Position numbers and translations under genes: made by a program | Shown: one piece after another, positions 39,587 through 49,741 of the stretch | How positions within the stretch are numbered: the first letter of the stretch is position 1 | Layout: the number at the start of each line of letters is the position of its first letter | Assembly (NCBI GenBank): GCA_022749935.1 | Contig: JAKIWQ010000001.1 | Span: 3,664-67,663 of the forward strand | From: Thermoplasmata archaeon | Lineage (GTDB): Archaea; Thermoplasmatota; Thermoplasmata; Lutacidiplasmatales; UBA184 | Reading direction: 5' to 3' | Length of the DNA: 64,000 nucleotides | The notes under the pieces: model-generated | The model's database searches: none | The model's input: only the letters and a program-made list of their open reading frames with translations | Told to the model about the DNA's origin: nothing

Positions 39587-40720
39587 TCATCGGTCCACCC
39601 TCTCCTCCGCGAATGCGCGAATGATCCCCAGTCCGAGCCGGAGCTTTTCCCGGGACGCCGCGAACGACAGGCGGAGATGGGAGGCCCCGAGAGAGCCGAA
39701 CGCGTCGCCGGGGGTGGTGATCACGCCCCGCGCGAGGATCGCGGTCGCCGCCTCGGTCGCGGTCAGTCCCCAGTCGACTTTCGGGAATGCGTAGAACGCT
39801 CCCGCCGGCGGAACGAGGGTGACCCCGGGGATCGTACGAAGGAGTCGAAGTAGGAGGGAGCGCCGGGCCTTGAATTCCCGGACCATCGCGCGGGTCGCGG
39901 CGTTTCCCGCTTCGAAGCCGGCGAGGATCGCGGTCTGGGCCGGGGTCGGAGGGCAGGCCATGATGTGGTAGTGGATCTTGTTCAACTCGATCGCGAGGGG
40001 CTTGGCCGCGACCAGGAAACCGAGCCGCCAGCCGGTGACGGCGAACGTCTTGGAGAACGAGTTCACGACCACGGTGCGATCGTACTTTCCCCAGAACGAG
40101 GAGAATCGACCTTCGTAGACGATCTCCTCGTAGACCTCGTCCGAGACGATCGCGAGGTGGTGTCGGTCGGCGAACTCGACGATCCGTTCGACCGTCGACT
40201 CCGGGAGGAGAGAGCCCGTCGGGTTCGAGGGGCTGTTCACCACGATCGCACGGGTCTTCGGAGTGACGAGCCGTTCGAGGGCGTTGAGGTCCGGTTGGTA
40301 CTGACGTTTTTCGAGGAGGGGATAGGGGACCGGGACCGCACCGGCGAGGCGGGCGTGCGGGCCGTAGAGGACGAACCCCGGGTTCGGAACCAGGACTTCG
40401 TCCCCCGGGTCGTAGAGCGTGAGCGCGGTCGTCATGAGGCCCTCCGAGCCGCTCGCGGTGACGATGACGTTCTCCCGTACCGTCCGCGGGTCCCGGTCGG
40501 TGTACCGCGCGGCGATCTGGTCCCGCAGGGCGGAGAGGCCGGCGCTGGGGCCGTAGTGGTTCCCTCCGGTCCGGACCGCCTGGCAAAGGGCGGCGATCAC
40601 CTCCGGCGGTGGGTCGAAATCCGGCTCGCCCAGGCCGAGGTTGATGGAGTTCGGGGGGGCCGACTCGAACATCCGCCGGATGCCGGAGATCTCGACGCGG
40701 CGCGCGCGCTCGGCGACCAT
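39587..40720 (-). CDS. Class I/II PLP-dependent aminotransferase
   Basis: GEPDF, NSPSNPTG, SDEVY, SFSKTFAVTGWRLG. Confidence 0.93.
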   Translation of the reverse strand: MVAERARRVEISGIRRMFESAPPNSINLGLGEPDFDPPPEVIAALCQAVRTGGNHYGPSAGLSALRDQIAARYTDRDPRTVRENVIVTASGSEGLMTTALTLYDPGDEVLVPNPGFVLYGPHARLAGAVPVPYPLLEKRQYQPDLNALERLVTPKTRAIVVNSPSNPTGSLLPESTVERIVEFADRHHLAIVSDEVYEEIVYEGRFSSFWGKYDRTVVVNSFSKTFAVTGWRLGFLVAAKPLAIELNKIHYHIMACPPTPAQTAILAGFEAGNAATRAMVREFKARRSLLLRLLRTIPGVTLVPPAGAFYAFPKVDWGLTATEAATAILARGVITTPGDAFGSLGASHLRLSFAASREKLRLGLGIIRAFAEERVDR

Positions 40721-40859
40721 TCGCGCGGCGACGGAGGGACCCCTCTTTATCGTTGCTTCCGCCGTGCTAGTGCGCGACGTCTCCGCCGGTGAGGAGGGGC
40801 CTCCGGCGCGGCCAAACGTTTAGGACCGGCCCCGGTCTATCGAGTGCGGAGGACCCCCC

Positions 40860-43124
40860 ATGGCCCGGATACTGATCGGCGTCGCCTGGCCGTACGCGAA
40901 CGGGCCCTTCCACATCGGACACCTGGCCGGAGCCTACCTGCCCGGCGATATCTTCGCCCGGTTCCACCGGCTTCGGGGCGATGAAGTGTTGATGGTCTCG
41001 GGATCTGACATGCACGGCACCCCCATCCTCGTGACCGCGGAGCGGGAGCACCGGACCCCCTCCGAGGTCTCCGAGCAGTACCACGAGGTCAACCGCGCGG
41101 CGTTCTCCCGCCTCGGGTTCACGTTCGATTGCTACACCACAACCCGCACGATCGTCCACGAGAAGACCGTCCAAGAGGTCTTTCTCGCGCTGCTCGAGCA
41201 CGGGTTCGTTTCCCGCCAGACCGAGGAGGGAGCGTTCTGCCCCCAGCACCGTCGGTTCCTCCCCGACCGGTACCTGGTCGGGACGTGCCCGAATTGCGGG
41301 TTTGAGAGCGCTCGGGGCGACGAGTGCGACCGGTGTGGTCGGCCGCTCGAGCCCCGGCAGCTCGGCCATCCCCGCTGTCTCCTCTGCAATACGCCAGCGG
41401 AGTTCCGGCCCAGCGAACACTTCTATCTCCGACTGGACCTACTCCAGCCCCAACTCACCGAGTACCTCTCCCGGCAACCGCACTGGCGTGCCGGGACCCG
41501 CCGCGTCGCGGAGAACTTCCTCACCGAAGGACTCCGTCCCACCCCGATCACTCGGGACTTGGATTGGGGCGTCTCGATACCCCTCGACGGCTACCCCTCG
41601 AAGCGGTTCTACGTGTGGTTCGACGCCCTCATCGGGTACCTCTCGGCCTCCAAGGAGTGGGCCATCCGAGCAGGCCGCCCGGAGGCGTGGCGACGCTACT
41701 GGGACGAAGGGGAACCCGTCCGTTCGTACTACTTCATCGGCAAGGACAACAAGTTCCACCACTCGATCCTCTGGCCCGGGGTCCTGCTCGGCCACGGCGG
41801 CCTGTCCCTTCCGTTTGACGTCCCGGCGAACGAATGGCTCCTCATCGGAGGCAAAAAACCTTCGAAGTCCCGTCCCACCGAGGCTACGGCGTTCATTCCG
41901 TCGCTCCTGGAACACTTCTCGCCGGACGTCATCCGGTTCTACAGCGCCCTCCTCGCGCCCCAGAACCACGACACCGAGCTCGACTGGGATGAGGTCGGCA
42001 AGGTTCGGGACGAGGTCCTCGCCAACCAGTTCGGCAACCTCGTGCAACGGTCCCTGGTCCTCTGTCGAGACCGGTACTCGGGGCGCGTCCCGTCGCCCCC
42101 CGACTCCTGGAACGGGGAGGGCGCAGGTGGCGTCGGACTCCGACTCCGGGAGGCGCACGCCCAGATCACCGCGGAGTTTGAGGCGGTCCACCTGAAGGAA
42201 GCCCTCGACCGGACGTTGGATGAGGTGCGAGGGGCCAACCGGAGCTTCCACGAGGCGAAGCCTTGGCAACTCTCGGACCCGGAGAGAGCTCGAGTCGTGT
42301 ACGAGACGGTCTGGACCCTTCGGGCCCTCGCCACGTGGCTCTCGCCGGTGATCCCGTTCGCGTGCGCGGACACCTTCCGCATGCTCGGGTTTGCGGACGG
42401 GCCCGGGGCCGGAGACTGGGACCGGGCGCTCGAGCCGGTCCCCGGAGGTCAGGCCCTGGGCGAGATCCGACCGCTCTTCCCGAAGCCCGAGTCGGCCCGC
42501 GCCCTGGGGTCCACCGCCCCCGTCGTTGCGGCCGATACGGTCGTTGTGGCTCCGCCATTGGCCGTGCGGTCGGGCGTCGTCCTTCGCGCCGCCCCCCACC
42601 CTTCCGCGGACCGTCTTCTCGTCCTCGAGGTCGATGCGGGCGAAGCGAACCCGCGGTCGATCGTCGCGGGCATCCGGGCCAACTACGGGCCCGACACGCT
42701 GGTCGGTCGACCGATCGTCTTCCTGTCGAATCTCGCCGCGCGGACGATCCGGGGGGTACCGTCGCAGGGGATGGTCCTCGCGGCAGACACGGGTGAGCGT
42801 CCGGTCCTCCTGTCACCGCCTCCGGGGGTCCGGCCGGGAGAGTTCGTGGAGGGCCGTTCGGCGTCGGACCGCACAATCACCCACGCGGAGTTCATGTCGT
42901 ACGGACTGGTCGTCGCGAGGGTTCTAGGGGCTCCCGCCGCCGGTCGGTCGGTCGTGGAGAGCCGGGGAACTCCCGAAGAAGTCGACGGTGACTGGAACGA
43001 GGGGACTCAAGTGATCGTGGTCCGACGACCACCCGATGCGGTCGGGGCGAAGGTTCTCTCGTTCGGCCCCGGCCGGCCCGTCCGACCGAGCGAAGACATC
43101 GCGGTGGGGGCGGTGGTCCGATGA
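40860..43124 (+). CDS. metG: Methionyl-tRNA synthetase with C-terminal tRNA-binding domain(s)
   Basis: PYANGPFHIGH, zinc knuckle, YVWFDA, KPSKS, HPSADRLL, SQGMVLA. Confidence 0.96.
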   Translation: MARILIGVAWPYANGPFHIGHLAGAYLPGDIFARFHRLRGDEVLMVSGSDMHGTPILVTAEREHRTPSEVSEQYHEVNRAAFSRLGFTFDCYTTTRTIVHEKTVQEVFLALLEHGFVSRQTEEGAFCPQHRRFLPDRYLVGTCPNCGFESARGDECDRCGRPLEPRQLGHPRCLLCNTPAEFRPSEHFYLRLDLLQPQLTEYLSRQPHWRAGTRRVAENFLTEGLRPTPITRDLDWGVSIPLDGYPSKRFYVWFDALIGYLSASKEWAIRAGRPEAWRRYWDEGEPVRSYYFIGKDNKFHHSILWPGVLLGHGGLSLPFDVPANEWLLIGGKKPSKSRPTEATAFIPSLLEHFSPDVIRFYSALLAPQNHDTELDWDEVGKVRDEVLANQFGNLVQRSLVLCRDRYSGRVPSPPDSWNGEGAGGVGLRLREAHAQITAEFEAVHLKEALDRTLDEVRGANRSFHEAKPWQLSDPERARVVYETVWTLRALATWLSPVIPFACADTFRMLGFADGPGAGDWDRALEPVPGGQALGEIRPLFPKPESARALGSTAPVVAADTVVVAPPLAVRSGVVLRAAPHPSADRLLVLEVDAGEANPRSIVAGIRANYGPDTLVGRPIVFLSNLAARTIRGVPSQGMVLAADTGERPVLLSPPPGVRPGEFVEGRSASDRTITHAEFMSYGLVVARVLGAPAAGRSVVESRGTPEEVDGDWNEGTQVIVVRRPPDAVGAKVLSFGPGRPVRPSEDIAVGAVVR

Positions 43125-43801
43125 GTGACGGCCCCCGACTCGACCTGCACGTGCATTCCCGGTACTCCCCCGACTCCACGTTGAGGCTCGAGCAGTTGGT
43201 GGCGCGACTGCCGTACACCGGCCTGCGGGGATTCGCTCTCACGGACCACAACTCGGTAGGCGGACATGCGGAGCTGGCCGAGCTCCGACGAGCGCACCCC
43301 AGCTACGTATTCCTCCCGGGCGTGGAGGTCTCGACCCTCGAAGGACATCTCCTGGCGTACGGCGTAACCGAACGTCCTCCCTCACGCCGGCCTCTCGCCG
43401 AATCCATCGAATGGGTTCGGGCGCACGGGGGGGAGCCGGTACTCGCCCACCCGTTCCGACTCGTGCACGGGGTGGGTCGGCGCCTCGCCGAGACGGCTCC
43501 GGTGAGGGCCCTCGAAGCACGCAACGGACACAACTCGGAAGTGGCGAACGCAAAGGCGGAGTTGGTCGGGGCCCGACGTGGGATCGGTATGACGGGCGGG
43601 GGCGATGTGCACGCGCTCGCCGAGCTCGGCCGGGCGTACACCTTCTTTCCCGAGGGGGCCAGTAAGGTGGACGACCTCCTCGAGGCGCTGCGGCGAGGTC
43701 ATACGCAGCCGGGCGGACGGTCCCTGGCCTGGCCGGGACGTGTCCGGCTGAGCCTTGCAACAGGCCTGAAGTTCTTCACGCGCGGACTTCGGCCCCTGTA
43801 G
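43121..43801 (+). CDS. PHP-domain phosphoesterase
   Basis: DLHVHS, LTDHN, GVEVST, AHP, GGGDVH. Confidence 0.9.
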   Translation: MSDGPRLDLHVHSRYSPDSTLRLEQLVARLPYTGLRGFALTDHNSVGGHAELAELRRAHPSYVFLPGVEVSTLEGHLLAYGVTERPPSRRPLAESIEWVRAHGGEPVLAHPFRLVHGVGRRLAETAPVRALEARNGHNSEVANAKAELVGARRGIGMTGGGDVHALAELGRAYTFFPEGASKVDDLLEALRRGHTQPGGRSLAWPGRVRLSLATGLKFFTRGLRPL

Positions 43802-43854
43802 TCGACGGCACGCCTCCCTGAGGGCTTTAAGGGGAAGGTCCTTGGGCCCGCCGC

Positions 43855-43927
43855 GCCAAGGTGGCAGAATGGTTAATGCGACGGACTGCAGATCCGTTTC
43901 CTGGGGGTTCGATTCCCTCCCTTGGCT
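43855..43927 (+). tRNA. tRNA-Cys(GCA)
   Basis: GCCAAGG...ACGGA-CTGCAGA-TCCGT...GGTTCGATTCC...CCTTGGCT; TTTAA box about 25 nt upstream. Confidence 0.95.
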
Positions 43928-44490
43928 CGCAGTCCTTGTACTTCCGGTAAGAGGGTAGGTTCCTTGACTCTGGTCGGCGGGACACCGTTCCTCGTGAGGT
44001 CCCGGCGCACCGCGGCGTGCGATGGTCTCCACCTACGGAAGAAGAGTCGGGCCCTTCGGGTGTCCGCCCTTTAGCGGAGCCCGGGTGGACGGGCCCGATT
44101 CCAGTCGGGTCGGCTTAGAATCCCGGACTCCCTAGATCCCGCTACAGATCGAGGGATCGAGATCGAACTGCGAGGCGGGCATGGACCTCGCCGCACGGCT
44201 GGAGTTTCCCTGCCGCGAGCTGCCGCAGCAACTGCCGAATCGTCGGCTCCCTGGTCCGGGAAAAATAGGGTGCTTGCTCCGGGACCGGGAAGGTCTGTTC
44301 CGAGTCTCGCGTTAGGAGTTCCCCTTAGGATCGGTCCGCCTCGGCTCGCACCGCCTCTGCGCAGCGCCGTACCTCCTCGAGGGGCGCGGCCGGCTCGGCA
44401 CGGGGCCCGATTTCGTCGGGCGCGACCACGCAATAACTGCAACGTCGGAACCTTATTTGTAGGATAACTCGTTCCGGGGCCGAGGCAACC

Positions 44491-46695
44491 TTGAGCGCCC
44501 GCGAGCACACAAAAACCCGTTTGGCCGTCCTCTCGGTAGTCGTTTTGGCCGGTCTGGTACTGAGCGGGGTCGCCATCGGTCCCAGTCAGGCCAGCAATCG
44601 TGGATCCTCGGCGCCCGCCGTCCCGGCGCCCCCCGTGAGCCCCCCGGGCTCGCTGGCCAGGGTCACCACCACCACCCTGCATGCCCAAGGGCCGACCTAT
44701 GCCGGTCCGGCCAGTCGAGCGATCATCGGTCCCTTTCCAGGGACTCCCTCGGCTGCCAGCCCGGCGCTCACGAATGAAATGAACCGCCAGCTGATCAAGG
44801 CGCCGATCCCTCTTCCCACGCCACGAGAGAAGGCCCTGTCGAACTACCATGGGGCCATGGGGTCCATCTCGGGTTCGATCGCACTCCCCTCGGTGAGTTG
44901 CGTGCCCTTGGGAGCCGGTTGCGACTCCATCAGCACCAGCTCGGGGGGCGCCACGGGCGTGAAGGGACTGAACGCGATCGACAGCAGCGGAATCTACGGG
45001 CTGACCGTCGAGCCCGCGGACCAGGGATTGTGTGCAGGCAACGGCTACGTGATGGAGGACAACAACATCGGAGAGCTCGAGGTGTTCCACTCGTCCTCGC
45101 TGAGCCATGCCTCCTCCGACATTTCGCTGGACAGTGTGATGGGCCTCCCCAACATCCCGGCGAGCATGGGAGGGCCGTGGAGCAGCGGAGGGGACACCTC
45201 GTGCCTCTATGACTACAACGACGGCGGTCACTGGTTCATCACGGAGATCGTCTCGAACAGCTCCTGGGCCGTTGCCGGACCGTTCGGTGGTTGCTTTGCG
45301 GGCAAGGCTCTCGGCTGCTGGGAAGGGATCGCCGTGAGCACGAGCTCCAATCCCCTCGGTTCCTACAACGTGTATTTCATGAACGCCAACTACAATTCGT
45401 CCGAGCCCGGGTACCCGTACCTGCTCAACGATTTCGCCAAGATCGGGTCGACGCAGGACGCCTTCCTCGTGTTCTACGACGAATTCCCGCTTCTCTACCC
45501 GAGCGTCCCCGGGCTGGGCGGTGGGTTCCTGAACGGCGCCCAGGAGTTCGCGATCAACAAGAAGGCGTTGGAGTTGGGTCTCCCGGTGACCACCTCGTTC
45601 GGTTCTCCGAACCCCTACTTCACGATGGCGATCGAGAACATGGGGCTCCTTGCGACTCCCAACGGGTCGTGTGCGAGCACCGGGGGATTCTATTGCTGGT
45701 TCCAGGTGATACCGGCGCAATCGCCCGACCCGACGCAGTTCGACAACACCCACGGCGGCTCGGGGTTCATGCTCGAATCGTTCGACTTTGTCGGGCAGGG
45801 AGATAACCGGATCGCCATCTTTGACTGGACGGGGCTGAAGAATCTGAACAGCTACGCGTGCGGTCAATGCACCAGCATTCACTTCGGCGGCCAGGAATTC
45901 GACAGAGTGAATCCGTACTTTGACCCCGGTGTGGTCGCTCCGCAGAAGGACGGCAAGATCCCCCTCGGTCACGCGTGCGTCGCCTACGGACTCAACAGTT
46001 CGAAGGTCTCCAAGTGTCCGGAGGGTGGAATCGCTTCCAACGGAGACGGGTTCACCCAGGCGTCGTTCGCTGGAGATCACGTGTGGGGAGCCCAGAGCAC
46101 CGAGATCGACCAAACCTTCGCCACCGGAAGCGGCTGCCCGTGCACGGAGACCCACCTCGGGGTCGCCTACGACGTGATCGGAACGAAGAGCTTCGACAAC
46201 CGCGGGGTGTTCAAACTCACGAACCAGGGATACATCTCTGGGGCGCACGAGGAGCTGGAATTCCCGGCGATGGCCGGCGAGGGCTCTTCGGCGGCTGACG
46301 GGGGTAACCTCGGCGCCCTGATCACCTTCGCATTGAACGGTGACGGCGGACCCTCTGGGGCAGACCACGGGGGATTCTTCCCGAGCACGGCGTACGGATG
46401 GCTGACCGCCTCCGGTACCGGTTTGACGGGGAAGGTCATTTACGTCGCCGACCTCGGCAAGGCGCCGCAGGACGGGTTCTCCGAGTACCAAGGATTCCCG
46501 GGGGCGACGCGACCTCGCTGGGGAGACTACAGCGAGGCAATTTTCGTGCCCAACTCGGGCGGGGCGGTCTACTTCGCGACCAACTACATCCAATCCCCGA
46601 ACTGCAGCGCGGCCACCTTCCTGGTGGACCCGTCGTGCGGTGGGACTCGGGACCCGTTTGCGAATTGGGGGACCTCAGTGAACTTCGCCACGTAA
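44491..46695 (+). CDS. Secreted Cys-rich hypothetical protein (RWGDYS motif)
   Basis: Signal peptide LAVLSVVVLAGLVLSG, Pro/Ser linker, many Cys, strong coding bias. Confidence 0.75.
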   Translation: MSAREHTKTRLAVLSVVVLAGLVLSGVAIGPSQASNRGSSAPAVPAPPVSPPGSLARVTTTTLHAQGPTYAGPASRAIIGPFPGTPSAASPALTNEMNRQLIKAPIPLPTPREKALSNYHGAMGSISGSIALPSVSCVPLGAGCDSISTSSGGATGVKGLNAIDSSGIYGLTVEPADQGLCAGNGYVMEDNNIGELEVFHSSSLSHASSDISLDSVMGLPNIPASMGGPWSSGGDTSCLYDYNDGGHWFITEIVSNSSWAVAGPFGGCFAGKALGCWEGIAVSTSSNPLGSYNVYFMNANYNSSEPGYPYLLNDFAKIGSTQDAFLVFYDEFPLLYPSVPGLGGGFLNGAQEFAINKKALELGLPVTTSFGSPNPYFTMAIENMGLLATPNGSCASTGGFYCWFQVIPAQSPDPTQFDNTHGGSGFMLESFDFVGQGDNRIAIFDWTGLKNLNSYACGQCTSIHFGGQEFDRVNPYFDPGVVAPQKDGKIPLGHACVAYGLNSSKVSKCPEGGIASNGDGFTQASFAGDHVWGAQSTEIDQTFATGSGCPCTETHLGVAYDVIGTKSFDNRGVFKLTNQGYISGAHEELEFPAMAGEGSSAADGGNLGALITFALNGDGGPSGADHGGFFPSTAYGWLTASGTGLTGKVIYVADLGKAPQDGFSEYQGFPGATRPRWGDYSEAIFVPNSGGAVYFATNYIQSPNCSAATFLVDPSCGGTRDPFANWGTSVNFAT

Positions 46696-46706
46696 GCCAC
46701 CCCTCC

Positions 46707-46729
46707 GCGGGTGACCCGGGGTCACCCGC
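46707..46729. terminator. GC-rich hairpin after the secreted-protein gene
   Basis: GCGGGTGACC-CGG-GGTCACCCGC, 11 nt after the stop, followed by a pyrimidine-rich tract. Confidence 0.45.
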
Positions 46730-46972
46730 CCCCAACCCCTTCCTCTGCCCTTCGCCCGAATCCCGTGCGGGGTCGACCTGCTCGGTGGAGTGCCGCACGC
46801 GGTGACCTCTGGCCTTCCATGTCATCCCGATAGGGTCCCCGGAAAGGCCCCTGTCACCTCCGAGACGACCGGGGCGTGGGCGGCCGCCCGATCGACGGGC
46901 TCGGACGGCGCATTACTCGGGTGAAAGGGTGCGACGTGGGCCTTTATCTCTGCCGTCCATGTCGGTGCTGAA

Positions 46973-47413
46973 ATGGCGAACCCCGAGCGGATTGCGATGG
47001 CCCGAACCCTCGACCTTCTGGGCGCGGTTCCCCTCTTCGCGAGCGTGAACAAGCGCCAGCTTCGCATGATCGCGGACACCGCCAAGGACCGGTCGATCCG
47101 GGCCGACGAAGTGATCGTGCGGGCCGGCGAGAAGGGAGTCGGATTGTTCGTGATCTTGGAGGGCCAGGTCTCGGTGGAAAAATCGGGGAAGCAGGTCGCT
47201 CGCCTCGGACCGGGCAAGTTCTTCGGCGAGATGGCCCTCCTCGATGACGAACCGAGGACGGCGGATGTCCGCGCTGCGACGCCCGTGCGGTGCCTCGTCC
47301 TCTCCCGATGGGAGTTCTGGGGTGCCGTCTCGAAAGAGCCGGAAGTCATTCGGAACCTACTGGTCGAAACGGTCCGCCGACTTCGTTCCACCTCGCCGGG
47401 CCTCACCGAGTAG
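46973..47413 (+). CDS. Stand-alone cyclic-nucleotide-binding domain protein
   Basis: VPLFA, LFVILEGQV, FFGEMALL...PRTADV phosphate-binding cassette. Confidence 0.92.
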   Translation: MANPERIAMARTLDLLGAVPLFASVNKRQLRMIADTAKDRSIRADEVIVRAGEKGVGLFVILEGQVSVEKSGKQVARLGPGKFFGEMALLDDEPRTADVRAATPVRCLVLSRWEFWGAVSKEPEVIRNLLVETVRRLRSTSPGLTE

Positions 47414-47504
47414 ACGGGCGCCCTCGTTCCGCGCCCGTGCCTGAAGGCTCCACCCTCCGCGGATCACCGGTCGCGTACGTCCGCCGAAGTGAGTCCCACG
47501 GGGC

Positions 47505-48281
47505 CTAGCTGACCGGGACTCCGGATCTTCCGGGGAGCAGACCCGTGTGCGAGGACGCGTTCGTCCCGTGGGTCGCCGCCGAGAAGACCAACTCGTACGC
47601 GACCTGACCTCGTGGGTACTCCTTCGTTCGGACGCTGCTACGTTCTACCCGGATCCCCGCCTCCCCGAGGCGATCGCGTTCCCGCTCAAACTTCTCACCG
47701 AGGTACACGTTCACGAGCGTCTGGTGGGCCTTGGCCCCGGCGACCATCCGGGTCGCCCCGACGATCGGACTCCCCACTAGGGTGAGGTTGCCGCCCACGA
47801 GGACGAGCTCGCAAGGACCCGAATCAGCCCCGAGCGAGAGGCCCACGCCCACCGGGAAGTTGCGGGAGTTGCGTCGGAGGTTGGCGATCAGACTTTCCGC
47901 GGCGGGCAGCACCGACCGGCAGAACTCCGGCACTTCTCCGAGGTCGGGGTGGTCGGCTTCCGGTCGGACCCAGTACGCCACGAACCCGTCCCCCGTGAAC
48001 CGGTCGAACCATCCTCCGCTATCGTTGGCGAGGCTCCTCACCGCCTCGGTAAAGCCGATGATGAACCGAGCGTAGAGGGACGTTTGGACCGCCTCCTTCA
48101 GTACCATCGCCGACATCCGGAGGTCCCCGACGACCACGTCGGCCTCCACCGGCGTGGAACCGCCGGTCAGGATGTTCGTGACCGCCACCTCGCCCAGCCG
48201 AACCCGGGCGTCGACGGGACCGTGCCGGGAAAGGACGGAGTCGAGCTCGGTTGCAGGTCCGGATTCACCCTCCCGGCTCAT
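47505..48281 (-). CDS. Class III nucleotidyl cyclase (divergent)
   Basis: VVVGDLRMS, DRFTGDGF, GLSLGADSG, TLVGSPIVGATRM. Confidence 0.8.
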   Translation of the reverse strand: MSREGESGPATELDSVLSRHGPVDARVRLGEVAVTNILTGGSTPVEADVVVGDLRMSAMVLKEAVQTSLYARFIIGFTEAVRSLANDSGGWFDRFTGDGFVAYWVRPEADHPDLGEVPEFCRSVLPAAESLIANLRRNSRNFPVGVGLSLGADSGPCELVLVGGNLTLVGSPIVGATRMVAGAKAHQTLVNVYLGEKFERERDRLGEAGIRVERSSVRTKEYPRGQVAYELVFSAATHGTNASSHTGLLPGRSGVPVS

Positions 48282-48379
48282 CCACTCAGGTGACCCTCTG
48301 GGTCCCGTTAAGGTACGTTCATGCGAACCCGGTCCGGCGAAGTACGTCGGTGAGAGGGAGGATTCCATTCCCCGTCGAC

Positions 48380-48907
48380 TTAGTTCCCACGCGAGCGCTT
48401 GGGGGGACGGACCGGGCGTCCCCGAGACGACCGTCTTGGTCCGGCACTGTTCGTCCGGGTCTTTCGGGAGAGGGTCCGGGGTTGTCGCGGAACCGGGAAC
48501 AACGTCGGCAGGCTGCCCGGGCTAGAAGGACCGCAGGAACACAGCCCGATCCCGTCGGGGTCCTCCACGAAGAGGAGCTGGGCCGGACCGTCCACGAACC
48601 CCACCTTCGACTTGGCCCCGGCCCGGATCACGGATCGTAGCCACCGCCGGGGATCGGAAACATAGAACCCAAAGTGGTCGAATTCCGTGCCCGGACGGAA
48701 CCGTTCGTAAAACGCGGTCCCGGGCGGGTAGTAGTTGAGCTCGATACGATGGGGCGAGCCCGGGAAGACCAGATGGACCCACCTTCCCCCGTGGGAGAAC
48801 CCCCCTCGCTTCACGACCCGGAATCCGAGACGACGGTAGAACCGGACCGAACGCTCGAGGTTCCGGACCCGAATGCCGGAGTACATGAACCGGACTTCGT
48901 ACGACAT
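48380..48907 (-). CDS. VOC/lactoylglutathione lyase-like protein
   Basis: IRVRNLERSVRFY, IELNYY, FDHFGFYV, FVEDPDG. Confidence 0.85.
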   Translation of the reverse strand: MSYEVRFMYSGIRVRNLERSVRFYRRLGFRVVKRGGFSHGGRWVHLVFPGSPHRIELNYYPPGTAFYERFRPGTEFDHFGFYVSDPRRWLRSVIRAGAKSKVGFVDGPAQLLFVEDPDGIGLCSCGPSSPGSLPTLFPVPRQPRTLSRKTRTNSAGPRRSSRGRPVRPPKRSRGN

Positions 48908-49192
48908 CGAGGGGGGAGGGGGCACCCCCGTTCATAGCTCTTGTACGGTGGATCCTGACGACCGAAGTCGATTCCTCGGGACGGCCCCCCGTCGCGCCGC
49001 CGCGAGGACCACGGCCCCGGGCCTTGGATTCGGTCGAAGGACGGTTCTTAATCCCTCATGATCGAGCCGATGATGTTAGACCGGAGTGAGTGCGAGCACG
49101 CGGGGAGTGCGACCTACTCACCAGGCTGATCGGATTGAATCGACCCGTTCGTTAAGAACTGCTGAAGGTATCAGTTCGCCCGAGGAGCAGGT

Positions 49193-49741
49193 ACGGGGGG
49201 AGCGTCGCCCGTTCGGGCTCAGCTGGACGGCTGGTGGCCGAGAAATGCGGTCGTCCTGAAGACCCTGTTCCGTGTACTGTTCGGATTCATCTGGGTGATC
49301 GACGGGTCCCTCAAGTTCGCCCCCGGGTTTGTGGATGCCTTCAGCGGCAAGGTCTCGGGGGCCGGTCAGCCGGCGTGGCTCCAGGGTTGGTTTGCCTTCT
49401 GGAGCACGCAAGTGAACGGCAATCCCGCGTTCTGGGTCTACCTTACCGGATCGCTCGAACTCGCCCTCGGTCTGGCGCTGGTATTCGGCTTCATGCGGAA
49501 GGCCGCCTACGCCGGCGGTGCCCTCCTGAGCCTCTTCATCTGGGCCGTTCCCGAGGGTTTTGGGGGTCCGTACGGGCCAGGGTCGACGGACATCGGGACG
49601 GGCGCGATGTATGCCTTGCTCTTTCTCGCGCTCATCCTCATCAACGCTACCTACGGACCCAGCCGTTGGAGCCTCGACTATCTGATCGAACGTCGGTTCC
49701 CTGCGTGGGCTCGCATCGCGGAATTCGTTCCCCGTACCTAA
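49193..49741 (+). CDS. DoxX/DoxD-like membrane protein (start uncertain)
   Basis: FRVLFGFIWVIDGSLKF, ELALGLAL, EGFGGPY...TDIG, WSLD. The frame is open from 49166; the first canonical start is GTG 49295. Confidence 0.75.
   Translation, partial: TGGASPVRAQLDGWWPRNAVVLKTLFRVLFGFIWVIDGSLKFAPGFVDAFSGKVSGAGQPAWLQGWFAFWSTQVNGNPAFWVYLTGSLELALGLALVFGFMRKAAYAGGALLSLFIWAVPEGFGGPYGPGSTDIGTGAMYALLFLALILINATYGPSRWSLDYLIERRFPAWARIAEFVPRT

Noticed and set aside
46973-48281. Pycsar anti-phage system
   Set aside because: The genes are convergent and the cNMP-binding protein has no TIR or TM effector domain.
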